Part shown: positions 9,543 through 18,759 of the stretch, piece after piece | Position numbering within the stretch: the first letter of the stretch is position 1 | Layout: the number at the start of each line of letters is the position of its first letter | Origin: Oscillospiraceae bacterium | GTDB lineage: Bacteria; Bacillota; Clostridia; Oscillospirales; Ruminococcaceae | Length of the DNA: 64,000 nt | Assembly: GCA_015067315.1 (NCBI GenBank) | Contig: SVMR01000009.1 | Coordinates: 16,815-80,814 of the forward strand | Direction of reading: 5' to 3' | Translations under genes and position numbers: made by a program | The notes under the pieces: model-generated | Databases searched by the model: none | Told to the model about the DNA's origin: nothing | What the model saw: only the letters and a program-made list of their open reading frames with translations

Positions 9543-10562
9543 TTGAAAGAGCAGCTTGAACAGATCCGCCTTGAAGCAAAAAAAGCTCTTGAGCTTTGCG
9601 AAGATCCCAAAGCACTTGAAGAACTTCGCATCCGCTATCTCGGCAAAAAAGGCGAGCTCACCGCCATTCTCAAACAGATGGGCAAACTTTCCGCAGAGGA
9701 AAGACCCGTTATCGGCCAGCTTGCAAACCAGGTCCGCGCCGAAATTGAAAACGACCTTACCGAGGCCGCTGAACACATCCATCAGCATCTTCTTGAAAAG
9801 AAGCTTGCTTCCGAAACCATCGACGTAACTCTTCCCGGAACCCCCGCTCCCACCGGTAAGGAACATCCCCTCAACATCGTTCTCAACGAAGTTGAAGATA
9901 TCTTCCTCGGAATGGGTTTCTCTATCGCCGAAGGTCCCGAAGTTGAAACCGATTATTACAACTTCGAAGCACTCAACCTTCCGAAAGATCACCCCGCAAG
10001 AGATACTCAGGATACTTTCTATATCACCGAAAACGTTCTTCTTCGTACCCAGACCTCCCCTGTTCAGGTCCGTGTTATGGAAAAACAGCAGCCCCCGATC
10101 CGCATCATCGCACCCGGCCGCGTATATCGTTCCGATGCGGTTGACGCAACCCATTCCCCTCTTTTCCACCAGATCGAGGGTCTTGTTGTTGATAAAGGCA
10201 TCACCATGGCAGACCTTAAAGGAACTCTCGAAATCTTCATCAAACGTCTTTACGGCGAAGATTCCGTAGTCCGTTTCCGTCCCCACCACTTCCCCTTCAC
10301 CGAACCTTCCGCCGAAATGGATATCCAGTGCTTCAACTGCCACGGCGAAGGCTGCCCGATGTGCAAAAACGAAGGCTGGATCGAAATTCTCGGCTGCGGA
10401 ATGGTTCATCCGAAAGTTCTTTCCAACTGCAATATCGACCCGGAAGAATACAGCGGTTTTGCATTCGGAATCGGTCTTGAACGTATCGTTATGAGAAGAT
10501 TCGCAATAAACGATCTCCGTCTTCTTTACGAAAACGATCTTCGCTTCCTCGACCAGTTTTAA
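9543..10562 (+). CDS. pheS: phenylalanine--tRNA ligase alpha subunit
   Basis: 339 aa with a TTG start. Class II motifs [16 protein letters not shown] and [13 protein letters not shown]. Confidence 0.97.
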   Translation: MKEQLEQIRLEAKKALELCEDPKALEELRIRYLGKKGELTAILKQMGKLSAEERPVIGQLANQVRAEIENDLTEAAEHIHQHLLEKKLASETIDVTLPGTPAPTGKEHPLNIVLNEVEDIFLGMGFSIAEGPEVETDYYNFEALNLPKDHPARDTQDTFYITENVLLRTQTSPVQVRVMEKQQPPIRIIAPGRVYRSDAVDATHSPLFHQIEGLVVDKGITMADLKGTLEIFIKRLYGEDSVVRFRPHHFPFTEPSAEMDIQCFNCHGEGCPMCKNEGWIEILGCGMVHPKVLSNCNIDPEEYSGFAFGIGLERIVMRRFAINDLRLLYENDLRFLDQF

Positions 10563-10582
10563 TTAAGGGAGGAGCTTCGAAA

Positions 10583-10978
10583 ATGACCAGCAGAAAAGAA
10601 CTTTCCGAGCTTACTCTCCGTTTCCAGGCAAGAACCCTTAATATTTACCGCAAGCTTTTCTTCGATCTTCAGGAAAGGGATTATTCCGTTGAACTCCGCG
10701 ACAGAGCCGCAAAGCTTGCAAAAGCAATCAAGGAAGAAAATTACACCGAAGCAAAAAGCCAGGCCGACAACATCACCTATCTTTTTAAGCTTGCTTTCCA
10801 GGCAAACCTCATCCTCCCGACAGTTTATCAGGGACTTGCGATTGACGGAATGACCCTTTCCGCAACCATTGAGGAAGCCATAAACGGTGAAATCGGTCCC
10901 GACCCGGAACCGGAAATCATCCCTGTTGAAAAAATCCCCGAGGCTGTAAGAAAATATATCCCCGGCGGCGAAAAATAA
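10583..10978 (+). CDS. hypothetical helical protein, possibly a degenerate four-helix-bundle (23S rRNA IVS protein-like) fold
   Basis: 131 aa. Strong RBS AGGGAGGAG 8 nt upstream. Helical heptad-like sequence and a Pro/Glu-rich tail. The fold assignment is only a pattern impression. Confidence 0.6.
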   Translation: MTSRKELSELTLRFQARTLNIYRKLFFDLQERDYSVELRDRAAKLAKAIKEENYTEAKSQADNITYLFKLAFQANLILPTVYQGLAIDGMTLSATIEEAINGEIGPDPEPEIIPVEKIPEAVRKYIPGGEK

Positions 10979-10979
10979 A

Positions 10980-11109
10980 GCGCCCCTTGTTAAAGGGGAG
11001 AGGGCCACGAAGTGGCGAGGGGATTCATTACATATCCCGAAATTTTAAAAAGAATCCCTCCGTCATCGTCGCTGCGCTCCGATGACACCTCCCTTTGACA
11101 AGGGAGGCA
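10980..11109 (+). repeat. hairpin-repeat family, short form (R2)
   Basis: Five hairpins: 10983-10998, 11004-11016, 11019-11026 with 11052-11059, 11062-11086, 11088-11107. Confidence 0.88.
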
Positions 11110-11134
11110 GAAATAATGTAAAGAAGGTTAAACA

Positions 11135-13516
11135 ATGGATTTATCTCTCAGATGGCTTGCGGACTATGTTGAAACCGGCGTCACCCCGAAACAGTTCTGT
11201 GACGCAATGACCATGTCCGGCTCCAAAGTCGAATGCTATAACGAAGAAGCCGACTATATCTCCAACGTTGTTGTCGGTAAAATTCTTAAAATTGAAAAAC
11301 ACCCCGACGCAGACAAACTCCAGATCTGCCAGATCGATATCGGCAAGGAAGAACCCATCCAGATCGTAACCGCCGCGCAGAACGTTTACGAAGGAATGCT
11401 TGTTCCCGCCGCTCTCGACAACTCCACCCTTGCGGGCGGAATCAAAATCAAAAAAGGCAAACTCCGCGGCGTTCCTTCCAACGGAATGATGTGCTCCGTT
11501 GCGGAACTCGGCGTTACCGTTCACGATTTCCCCTATGCAATCGAAGACGGAATTCTTGATATTCAGGAAGACTGCAAACCCGGCGACGATATCAGAACCG
11601 CTCTCGGAATCAACGACGTCTGCGTTGAATTCGAAATCACTTCCAACCGCCCGGACTGCCTTTCCGTTCTCGGTCTTGCAAGAGAAGCCGCCGCAACCTT
11701 CGGCAAGGAACTCCACATGCCCGAAGTCAAAATCGAAAACGAAACCGGCGACATAAGCGAACTTCTTTCCGTTGAAGTAAAGAACCCCACCCTTTGCCGC
11801 CGTTACGTTGCAAGAATGATCAAAAACATCAAAGTCGGTCCTTCCCCGAGATGGATGAGAGAAAGACTCCGCGCAAGCGGCGTCCGCCCCATCAACAACC
11901 TCGTCGATATCACCAACTTTGTAATGCTTGAATACGGCCAGCCAATGCACGCTTTCGACTACAAATATCTTGCCGGAAACAAAATCGTTGTCAGAAACGC
12001 AGAAGAAGGCGAAAGCATCATGACCCTCGACGGCGTTGAAAGAAAACTTTCTCCCGAAATGCTCTGCATCTGCGATGCGGAAAAACCCTCCTGCGTTGCC
12101 GGCGTTATGGGCGGCGAATATTCCGGAATTCAGGACGACACCAACATGGTCGTTTTCGAATCCGCTTCCTTCCTCGGTTCTTCCGTTAGAACCACCGCAA
12201 AAAAACTCGGCATGAGAACCGAATCTTCCGGACGCTTCGAGAAAAACCTTGATTCCAGAATGTGCATGGAAGCGGTTAACCGCGCCTGCCAGCTTGTTGA
12301 AATGCTCGGCGCCGGCGAAGTTATCGGCGGATATATCGACATCGACAACGAAGGCGACGAACCTTATACCGTTGAATTCTGCCCCGATTGGATCAACAGA
12401 TTCCTCGGAATCGATCTTCCCGCAGAAAAAATGATCGAGATCCTCGAAAAAATCGGCTATAAAGTTGAAAACGGCGTTATCACCGTTCCTTCCTTCCGCG
12501 CAGGCGACACCCGCCACAAAGCCGATATCGCCGAGGAAATCGCCCGTTTCTACGGCTATGACGTAATCCCGAACACCGCTGTCCAGGGCGCATCCCAGGG
12601 CGCTCTTACCCTTCGCCAGCAGTTCGAGAAAAAACTTTCCCGCCTTCTTATGGCAAACGGCTGCTATGAAGTACAGACCTATTCCTTCATCAGCCCCAAA
12701 TATTACGACAAAATCGCTCTTCCCGCAGATTCCGACCTTCGCAGAAGCGTTGTTATCACCAACCCCCTCGGCGAAGATACTTCCGTTATGAGAACAACCT
12801 GCGTTCCTTCAATGCTTGAAGTTATCGCAAGAAACTATAACAACCGCAACATCGCCGGACGCTTCTTCGAACTCGGCACAATCTATCTTCCCGCAGAATC
12901 CGCTGATATTCTTCCGGAAGAAAGAGGCGTTGCCGTAATCGGTTCCTACGGCGAAAAAGAAGACTTCTTCGCAATGAAAGGAATCATCCTCGAAGCTCTC
13001 GACAAACTCGGCGTATATGGCGTTGAATTCACCGCCAACAAAGAAAACCCCACCTTCCACCGCGGAAGATGCGCCGATATTTCCATCGGCGAAAAGAAAA
13101 TCGGCGTGATCGGTGAAATTGCTCCCGCAGTTCTCGACAACTACGGAATCGGAACCCGCGCTTACGTTGCAACTCTTGATATCGCGGATATCTTCGGCGC
13201 AAGAATCGTTGAAAAGAAATTCAAACCCACTCCCAAGTTCCCTGCTTCCACCCGCGACCTTGCAATCATTTGCGACGACGAACTTCCCGCAGCATCCCTT
13301 GAAAAAGCAATCCGCCAAGGCGCAGGCAAACTCCTTGAAAAGGTTGAACTCTTCGACGTTTACAAAGGTTCTTCCATTGCCGAAGGCAAAAAGAGCGTTG
13401 CTTACACCATGACTCTCCGCGCCGCAGACCGCACCCTTACCGTTGAGGAATGCGACAGAGCAGTCAACAAAGTTCTTAAAGAACTCGCAAACATCGGCGC
13501 AGAACTCAGAAGCTGA
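11135..13516 (+). CDS. pheT: phenylalanine--tRNA ligase beta subunit
   Basis: 793 aa. N-terminal tRNA-binding domain VVGKILKIEKHPDADKLQICQIDIG. B3/4, B5 and C-terminal anticodon-binding-like regions. Confidence 0.97.
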   Translation: MDLSLRWLADYVETGVTPKQFCDAMTMSGSKVECYNEEADYISNVVVGKILKIEKHPDADKLQICQIDIGKEEPIQIVTAAQNVYEGMLVPAALDNSTLAGGIKIKKGKLRGVPSNGMMCSVAELGVTVHDFPYAIEDGILDIQEDCKPGDDIRTALGINDVCVEFEITSNRPDCLSVLGLAREAAATFGKELHMPEVKIENETGDISELLSVEVKNPTLCRRYVARMIKNIKVGPSPRWMRERLRASGVRPINNLVDITNFVMLEYGQPMHAFDYKYLAGNKIVVRNAEEGESIMTLDGVERKLSPEMLCICDAEKPSCVAGVMGGEYSGIQDDTNMVVFESASFLGSSVRTTAKKLGMRTESSGRFEKNLDSRMCMEAVNRACQLVEMLGAGEVIGGYIDIDNEGDEPYTVEFCPDWINRFLGIDLPAEKMIEILEKIGYKVENGVITVPSFRAGDTRHKADIAEEIARFYGYDVIPNTAVQGASQGALTLRQQFEKKLSRLLMANGCYEVQTYSFISPKYYDKIALPADSDLRRSVVITNPLGEDTSVMRTTCVPSMLEVIARNYNNRNIAGRFFELGTIYLPAESADILPEERGVAVIGSYGEKEDFFAMKGIILEALDKLGVYGVEFTANKENPTFHRGRCADISIGEKKIGVIGEIAPAVLDNYGIGTRAYVATLDIADIFGARIVEKKFKPTPKFPASTRDLAIICDDELPAASLEKAIRQGAGKLLEKVELFDVYKGSSIAEGKKSVAYTMTLRAADRTLTVEECDRAVNKVLKELANIGAELRS

Positions 13517-13520
13517 TAAA

Positions 13521-13553
13521 CCAAAAGGCGGAGCTTTGCTCCGCCTTTTTTGG
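13521..13553 (+). terminator. rho-independent terminator of pheT
   Basis: Hairpin aaaggcggagc-tttg-ctccgccttt followed by a T run. Confidence 0.85.
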
Positions 13554-13563
13554 CTCTAAAAAC

Positions 13564-13588
13564 GGCGGGAGCAAGCCCCCGCCCTACA
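13564..13588 (+). repeat. solitary GC hairpin repeat GGCGGGAGCAAGCCCCCGCCCTACA
   Basis: Near-identical copy at 29508-29532 (1 mismatch). Related stems at 34299-34322, 35987-36007 and 39687-39707. Confidence 0.8.
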
Positions 13589-13608
13589 TTATTTCAGGAG
13601 GTAACTTT

Positions 13609-14118
13609 ATGGAAGCTATGGAAAATCTTCTTACAAGAAGAAGCTGCAGAAACTATAAACCCAAACAGGTTCCGGACGAACTTCTCGATAAGGTTCTTGA
13701 AGCGGGAACTTTTGCCGCAAGCGGAATGAACCGCCAGAACACTTTTCTCGTTGCGGTCCGCGAAAAAGAAACCCGCGACCTTCTTTCAAAAATCAATGCC
13801 GGAGTTATGGAAAGGGAAGGCGATCCTTTCTATGGCGCGCCTTGCGTAATCGTTGTTCTTGCGGCGCCGGATATGACCTATCTTGAAGACGGAAGTCTTG
13901 TTATGGGAAATCTTATGAACGCCGCCCATGCTCTCGGACTCGGTTCCTGCTGGATTCACAGAGCAAAACAGACCTTTGAACTCCCGGAGGGAAAAGAACT
14001 GCTTAAAAAATGGGGTCTTCCGGAAAACCTTATCGGAATCGGAAACTGCATCCTCGGTTTTGAAGCGGAAACCCCCGCGGAAAAACCCCGAAAAGAAGGA
14101 AGAATAATAAAAATTTAA
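13609..14118 (+). CDS. nitroreductase family protein
   Basis: 169 aa. N-terminus LLTRRSCRNYKPKQVPDELLDKVLEAG is typical of the family. Confidence 0.85.
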   Translation: MEAMENLLTRRSCRNYKPKQVPDELLDKVLEAGTFAASGMNRQNTFLVAVREKETRDLLSKINAGVMEREGDPFYGAPCVIVVLAAPDMTYLEDGSLVMGNLMNAAHALGLGSCWIHRAKQTFELPEGKELLKKWGLPENLIGIGNCILGFEAETPAEKPRKEGRIIKI

Positions 14119-14119
14119 C

Positions 14120-14259
14120 TGCTCCTCGGAGGAGGAGCTGTCACCGAAGGTGACTGAGGAGGGATATCCCCGATAAATTGTGATGAGCGCTCCGCGTTAC
14201 CTTATAATCCCTCATCCGTCATTTGCTTTGCAAATGCCACCTTCCCCTCTGGGAAGGCT
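14120..14259 (+). repeat. hairpin-repeat family, short form (R4)
   Basis: Hairpins: gctcctc/gaggagc, gtcacc/ggtgac, gaggagggat/atccctcatc, catttgc/gcaaatg, ccttccc/gggaagg. Confidence 0.85.
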
Positions 14260-14293
14260 TAAAAAAATCCCTGCCTTCCGGCAGGGATTTTTT
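14260..14293. terminator. bidirectional rho-independent terminator (nitroreductase / amidohydrolase, convergent)
   Basis: Hairpin aaatccctgcc-ttcc-ggcagggattt with an A run 5' and a T run 3'. Confidence 0.85.
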
Positions 14294-14295
14294 GT

Positions 14296-15858
14296 TCAGT
14301 TAAAAATTCCGCGGAGAACCTGCTTCACCGGGTTTTCCGAAAGCGGCTTATAGTCTTCTCCGCCGAGGATAAGTTTTTCAACTTTAAGATTGCAAAGCTC
14401 CCCGGTTTTCATTTCGTAAGGATTTTCGGAAAGAATCACCATATCGGCGATTTTTCCGACCTCAAGGCTGCCGCGCTCCTTTTCGTCAAAAGTCTGGTGA
14501 TATCCGTTATAGGTACACATTCTGAGCGCTTCTTCCACCGGAAGGGATTCCTCGCCGTTGTTGCAGATTTTGTAAATCCAGTTTATGGGGTCCGGGTCGG
14601 TGCAGGGTCCGTCGGAACCGACGCTCATAACGATTCCGTGCTCCCGGTATGTTTTAAAAGGATTGAGCTTCTTCGCCCTTTCGCCGAGGATTCTTTCAAG
14701 ATAATCATTCGGTTCCTGGGGCCAGTCGATAAAGGCGCTTTGAACCGCAAGACCGATTTTATATTCCCCGCAGATGCGGATTCCCTCCTCCGTCGGAAGG
14801 CAGGCATGGATTATGGTATGGCGGTGATCCTTCCTCGGAAAATCGTCAAGGGCGGCTTTAAGAGCCTTCGTTGCCTGTTCAAAAGCCGCGTCGCCGATGG
14901 CGTGCATTTCAATTTGCAGACCCGCGCGGTTTGCTTTTTTGCAGAAATCGATTACCTTTTCGTCGGAATAATAGATTACTCCCTTGTTTTCCGTTCCTTC
15001 ATAAGGCAAAAGCATTGCCGCGTCTTCGGAACCGAAACAGCCGTCAAGCGCCGTTGCAAAACAGCCGCCGATTCGGGGAAGCTTCATCTTTTTAACCTTG
15101 TTTACATCCATTGTCTGGAAGAAAACCCGAAGATTAAGACCGTTCGGAAGACCTTTTCCGAACCAGTTTTCCATGGATACGTCCATATCGAGCGGAAAAC
15201 CGACTCCGCTTACGGTATGTATCATTCCGATTCCTCTTGAAGCCATATGGTCCGCGGCTTTCTGCATATTTTTGAGAAGCTTCGGAATGGAAACGGAATT
15301 TGTGACGTAATCGGAAACCGCAAAAAACGCTTCCTGGTTCATTTCGCCGCTTTCCGGATGGAATCCCCGGAGATTTTCCGCCTTTTTGCGGACAAGATCA
15401 AGAAGCTTTGTGTTGATAACGCAGGTATGTCCGTCATATTTCACCATAAAAAGCGGTTTTTCCGGACAGACTTCGTCAAGCTGCTCCCGGGTCACAAAAT
15501 GCTTTTCCGCAACGGAATGGGGCGAAGCGCCGAAGGCGATTATAAGCTTATCGCCACAATTTTTGACGAATTCGCGGATGCTTTCAAGAATTTCGCCGTT
15601 GCTTTTCGCGTCCGCAACGTTGAGCCCCGCAAGAAAAGTTGCGTAGCTTGCAAAATGGATATGGCTGTCGGTGAAGGAAGGGATAAGCGCCCTTTTGCCG
15701 AGTTCGGTTTTTTCCGCCGAAGCGTATTTTTCCGGAAGCTCATCGCCGGTAAAAACGATTTTTCCGCCTTCCTCAACAAGATAGCGGAAAACTTTATCTT
15801 CCGCATTGCAGGTAAGAACCGCGCCTTCATAAATTTTCATAACTGCGCCCCTTTTCAT
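14296..15858 (-). CDS. amidohydrolase family (Amidohydro_3-like) metallohydrolase
   Basis: 520 aa. Metal-binding motif SFTDSHIHFASY (HxH) and later HAIGD. Alternative start at 15840 (MKIYEGAV). Confidence 0.85.
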   Translation of the reverse strand: MKRGAVMKIYEGAVLTCNAEDKVFRYLVEEGGKIVFTGDELPEKYASAEKTELGKRALIPSFTDSHIHFASYATFLAGLNVADAKSNGEILESIREFVKNCGDKLIIAFGASPHSVAEKHFVTREQLDEVCPEKPLFMVKYDGHTCVINTKLLDLVRKKAENLRGFHPESGEMNQEAFFAVSDYVTNSVSIPKLLKNMQKAADHMASRGIGMIHTVSGVGFPLDMDVSMENWFGKGLPNGLNLRVFFQTMDVNKVKKMKLPRIGGCFATALDGCFGSEDAAMLLPYEGTENKGVIYYSDEKVIDFCKKANRAGLQIEMHAIGDAAFEQATKALKAALDDFPRKDHRHTIIHACLPTEEGIRICGEYKIGLAVQSAFIDWPQEPNDYLERILGERAKKLNPFKTYREHGIVMSVGSDGPCTDPDPINWIYKICNNGEESLPVEEALRMCTYNGYHQTFDEKERGSLEVGKIADMVILSENPYEMKTGELCNLKVEKLILGGEDYKPLSENPVKQVLRGIFN

Positions 15859-15914
15859 AGTTTATAAAATTATTATAGCAAAAAATTTTCAATAAGAAAA
15901 GCCGTTTGTTCTTC

Positions 15915-15951
15915 TGACGAAAAAAGGAACGGAATTCATCCGTTCCTTTTT
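15915..15951 (-). terminator. rho-independent terminator of the EcsC-like gene
   Basis: Hairpin aaaggaacgg-aattcat-ccgttccttt. The stop codon lies in the loop. T run on the minus strand. Confidence 0.7.
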
Positions 15952-16733
15952 TTCATCCTGAGAAGCATTCGTTTGCGGTACTTTAAATTTGCAAATTCGT
16001 TTATTCTTTTCATATAAACCGCATCGTAAAATCCTCCAACAGCGCCGATTATCGGGATTCCCTGGACAAATTTCATATAAAGAAGCTCTTTTGAAAGATT
16101 TGATGCGGCGGATTTTATTGCTTCGGATTGGTCATAATCTTCCGGGAGTTTTCCGGTTTTTATAAAACGGTCGATTTTTTCGTTGGTTTCAAGGATATTT
16201 TCTCCGTAGGAAACGGCGCCTTCGATTACCCAAAGTATAAAAGCGCGTTCTTTTTCCGAATCGTAATCAAAACCATAGTCCAGCGCGATTTCATAAACGC
16301 TTTTTAAAAGCAGGGCGGTGAAAACCGGGATATCCGGAATTCCTATTCCGAGAACGCCCATTCCGATTCCCGCGGCGCCGGAAAACAAAAGATTCCTGTT
16401 CCCTGCGGCCTTTGCTTTTTTTGAAAAAGCCCGGAGAGTTTTTTTGCTTTCAAGAACTCCGTTGCGGTAATCGTTTTCGTAAAAATTTATTTCAAGACTT
16501 TTTCGGTTATATGTTTTTTCAATAACTTTCGTGCCTTTTTCAAAAACAAGACCGAAAGCTTTTGCAAAAGCGGCGTCAAGGGTTCCGCTGAGCTTTTTCG
16601 GAACAAAGCGGGCAATTTTGCGGTTTATAAAACTTTCCTTTTTATTTTCGCGTATTTTCAGGAAACGGCGCTCTTTTTTCAAAAGCGCCGCAAGTTCTTT
16701 TTCATATGGAGTTTTCCGCTTAAAGAAAAACAT
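15936..16733 (-). CDS. EcsC family protein
   Basis: 265 aa. Gly-rich membrane-associated core GAAGIGMGVLGIGIPDIPVFTALLLKSVYEIA as in EcsC. Confidence 0.75.
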   Translation of the reverse strand: MFFFKRKTPYEKELAALLKKERRFLKIRENKKESFINRKIARFVPKKLSGTLDAAFAKAFGLVFEKGTKVIEKTYNRKSLEINFYENDYRNGVLESKKTLRAFSKKAKAAGNRNLLFSGAAGIGMGVLGIGIPDIPVFTALLLKSVYEIALDYGFDYDSEKERAFILWVIEGAVSYGENILETNEKIDRFIKTGKLPEDYDQSEAIKSAASNLSKELLYMKFVQGIPIIGAVGGFYDAVYMKRINEFANLKYRKRMLLRMKKRNG

Positions 16734-16739
16734 CAGAAA

Positions 16740-17540
16740 TCAGCCTCCGTAAACTTCTTTCGAAGCCTGTTCAACGTCGGTAAGTCCGCCGGAAATATTT
16801 TTGAGCACCGGGTCGCCGTAATAGGTAAGGGTTCCGACCCCGTCAACGTCCGCAAGAAGTTCTTCGGTTACGGAAAGTTCCGCGGCGCCTGCTCCGCTTA
16901 TTTTAACTTCGGCTTTTTTTGAAACAAGGTTTTTTGCGTCGATTGAACCCGCGCCCGCAAGTTCAATTTCAAAAAGCTCCGCCGTTCCGAAAAGGTCGAT
17001 ATCCGCGGCGCCCGCAATATCTATCTCCACATCGGTCGCGGAGATATTGTAAACATAAACCTTTGCGCCGCCTTTTATGTCAAGGTCGATTCTTCTGGAT
17101 TTGAAGGCATCCATTTCAACTTCTATTCCGCCGGAAATTTCAATTTCCTCAATGTTGGCAAAAACGAGAACTTCAAATTTTTCTGCGGAAAAATTAGTCT
17201 GCTTCGGCGCGGAGATTTTAAGTTCGCCCTCCCGGAGCGAAACTTTAAAACCGTGGTTTTCCATATCCGAAGGATAGGTTATTTCGACCCTTGTTTCATC
17301 GGAAGGAACGATATAAATCTTCGCTTTATCCGTATTTGTAAAGCTGATGTTTTCAAAATCCAGCTTTGTTACAGGTAATCCGTCTGCGGAAAAGATTGTT
17401 TCGGTTTTTATGCTTCCAACAAGAGAAACCGGCTTTACCGCATCAACAACGTTGTTGATGCCGCTTATGTCAAAAGAACATCCGGCAAGCAAAAAAGCGC
17501 ATAAAATAAGGCAAAAAGCGGTTTTAAGCAATTTGTTCAA
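16740..17540 (-). CDS. lipoprotein with DUF2807 / GIN (adhesin-head-like) domain
   Basis: 266 aa. Lipobox LLAGCS. C-terminal repeated beta-helix-like pattern (VEIDIAGAADIDLFG, IELAGAGSIDAKN, VKISGAGAAELS, LTYYGDP). Confidence 0.7.
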   Translation of the reverse strand: MNKLLKTAFCLILCAFLLAGCSFDISGINNVVDAVKPVSLVGSIKTETIFSADGLPVTKLDFENISFTNTDKAKIYIVPSDETRVEITYPSDMENHGFKVSLREGELKISAPKQTNFSAEKFEVLVFANIEEIEISGGIEVEMDAFKSRRIDLDIKGGAKVYVYNISATDVEIDIAGAADIDLFGTAELFEIELAGAGSIDAKNLVSKKAEVKISGAGAAELSVTEELLADVDGVGTLTYYGDPVLKNISGGLTDVEQASKEVYGG

Positions 17541-17582
17541 AAAGGTCGCCTCCTATCTTTTATATAATTACAAGTATTATAA

Positions 17583-18758
17583 TCACATTTCAATTTCTTT
17601 CCAAAAGCTCTCTCCGGCGGTTTCGGAATCGGTTATTCCGAAGATTTCAAGGATTGTTTTGGACTGATCCGCATAGCATTTTCTTGTTCCGAGGTCGGTT
17701 CCGGCTTTGATTCCCGCTCCGTAAACAAGAAGCGGAATGTATTCGCGGGAATGGTCGGTGGAAGGGGTTGCCGGGTCGCATCCGTGGTCGGCGGTGATCA
17801 TAAGAACGTCGTCCTCTTTCATTTTTGCCATAAATCCGCCGAGCCATTCATCGAATTCATTAAGCGCGTTTGCATAGCCTTCCGCATCGTTTCTGTGTCC
17901 GTAAACCATATCAAAATCGACAAGGTTTATGAAGCAAAGACCTTCAAAATCCTTTTCAAAAAGTTCGTCGGTTTTTTCCATTCCGATTTTGTTGGGACCG
18001 GTGCGGTATGTTTCGGAAACGCCTTTTCCCGCAAAGATATCATAGATTTTTCCGACTCCGATGGTTGCGAATCCGTTTTTCATAAGAACGTCAAGAGCGG
18101 TATCCTTCGGGGGAACGAGGGAAAAATCGTGGCGTCCGGAAGTTCTGTAAAAATCCGGATATTCCCCGGCAAAAGGTCTTGCGATAACTCTTCCGACTCC
18201 GTGTTCGCCCTGGAGGAAGGCGCGGGATTTTTCACAGATTTCATAAAGTTTTTCAAGAGGGATTATATCTTCATGCGCCGCAACCTGGAAAACGCTGTCG
18301 GCGGAGGTATAAACAATCGGTTTTCCGGTTTCAACATGCTCTTTTCCGAAATCGGCAATAACCTTTGTTCCGCTGTAAGGCTTGTTGCAAAGGATATCAA
18401 GTCCGGTTGCTTCTTTGAACATATCAATCACTTCATCCGGGAAGCCTTCCGGATAGGTCGGGAACGCTTTTTCCGAAACAAGTCCCGCCAGTTCCCAATG
18501 TCCGGTTGTGGTGTCTTTTCCCATGCTTATTTCGTTAAGGCGGCAGAAAGCGCCGAGAGGTTTTTCCGCTTTTTCAAGACAGGAAACCCCTTCGATATTT
18601 CCAAGACCGAGTTTTATCATATTGGGAATATTGAGTTTTCCGCTTGCGGCGCAGGCAGCAAGGGTGTTGCTTCCCCCGTCGCCGAACAATGCGGCATCCG
18701 GAAGTTCACCAACTCCGAAAGAATCCAGTACAATCCAAAAAACGCGTTTTGTTTTCAT
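17583..18758 (-). CDS. deoB: phosphopentomutase
   Basis: Start chosen at MKTKRVFWIVLDSFGVGELPDA, which matches known DeoB N-termini. Metal site ITADHGCDP. Confidence 0.9.
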   Translation of the reverse strand: MKTKRVFWIVLDSFGVGELPDAALFGDGGSNTLAACAASGKLNIPNMIKLGLGNIEGVSCLEKAEKPLGAFCRLNEISMGKDTTTGHWELAGLVSEKAFPTYPEGFPDEVIDMFKEATGLDILCNKPYSGTKVIADFGKEHVETGKPIVYTSADSVFQVAAHEDIIPLEKLYEICEKSRAFLQGEHGVGRVIARPFAGEYPDFYRTSGRHDFSLVPPKDTALDVLMKNGFATIGVGKIYDIFAGKGVSETYRTGPNKIGMEKTDELFEKDFEGLCFINLVDFDMVYGHRNDAEGYANALNEFDEWLGGFMAKMKEDDVLMITADHGCDPATPSTDHSREYIPLLVYGAGIKAGTDLGTRKCYADQSKTILEIFGITDSETAGESFWKEIEM

Positions 18759-18759
18759 T

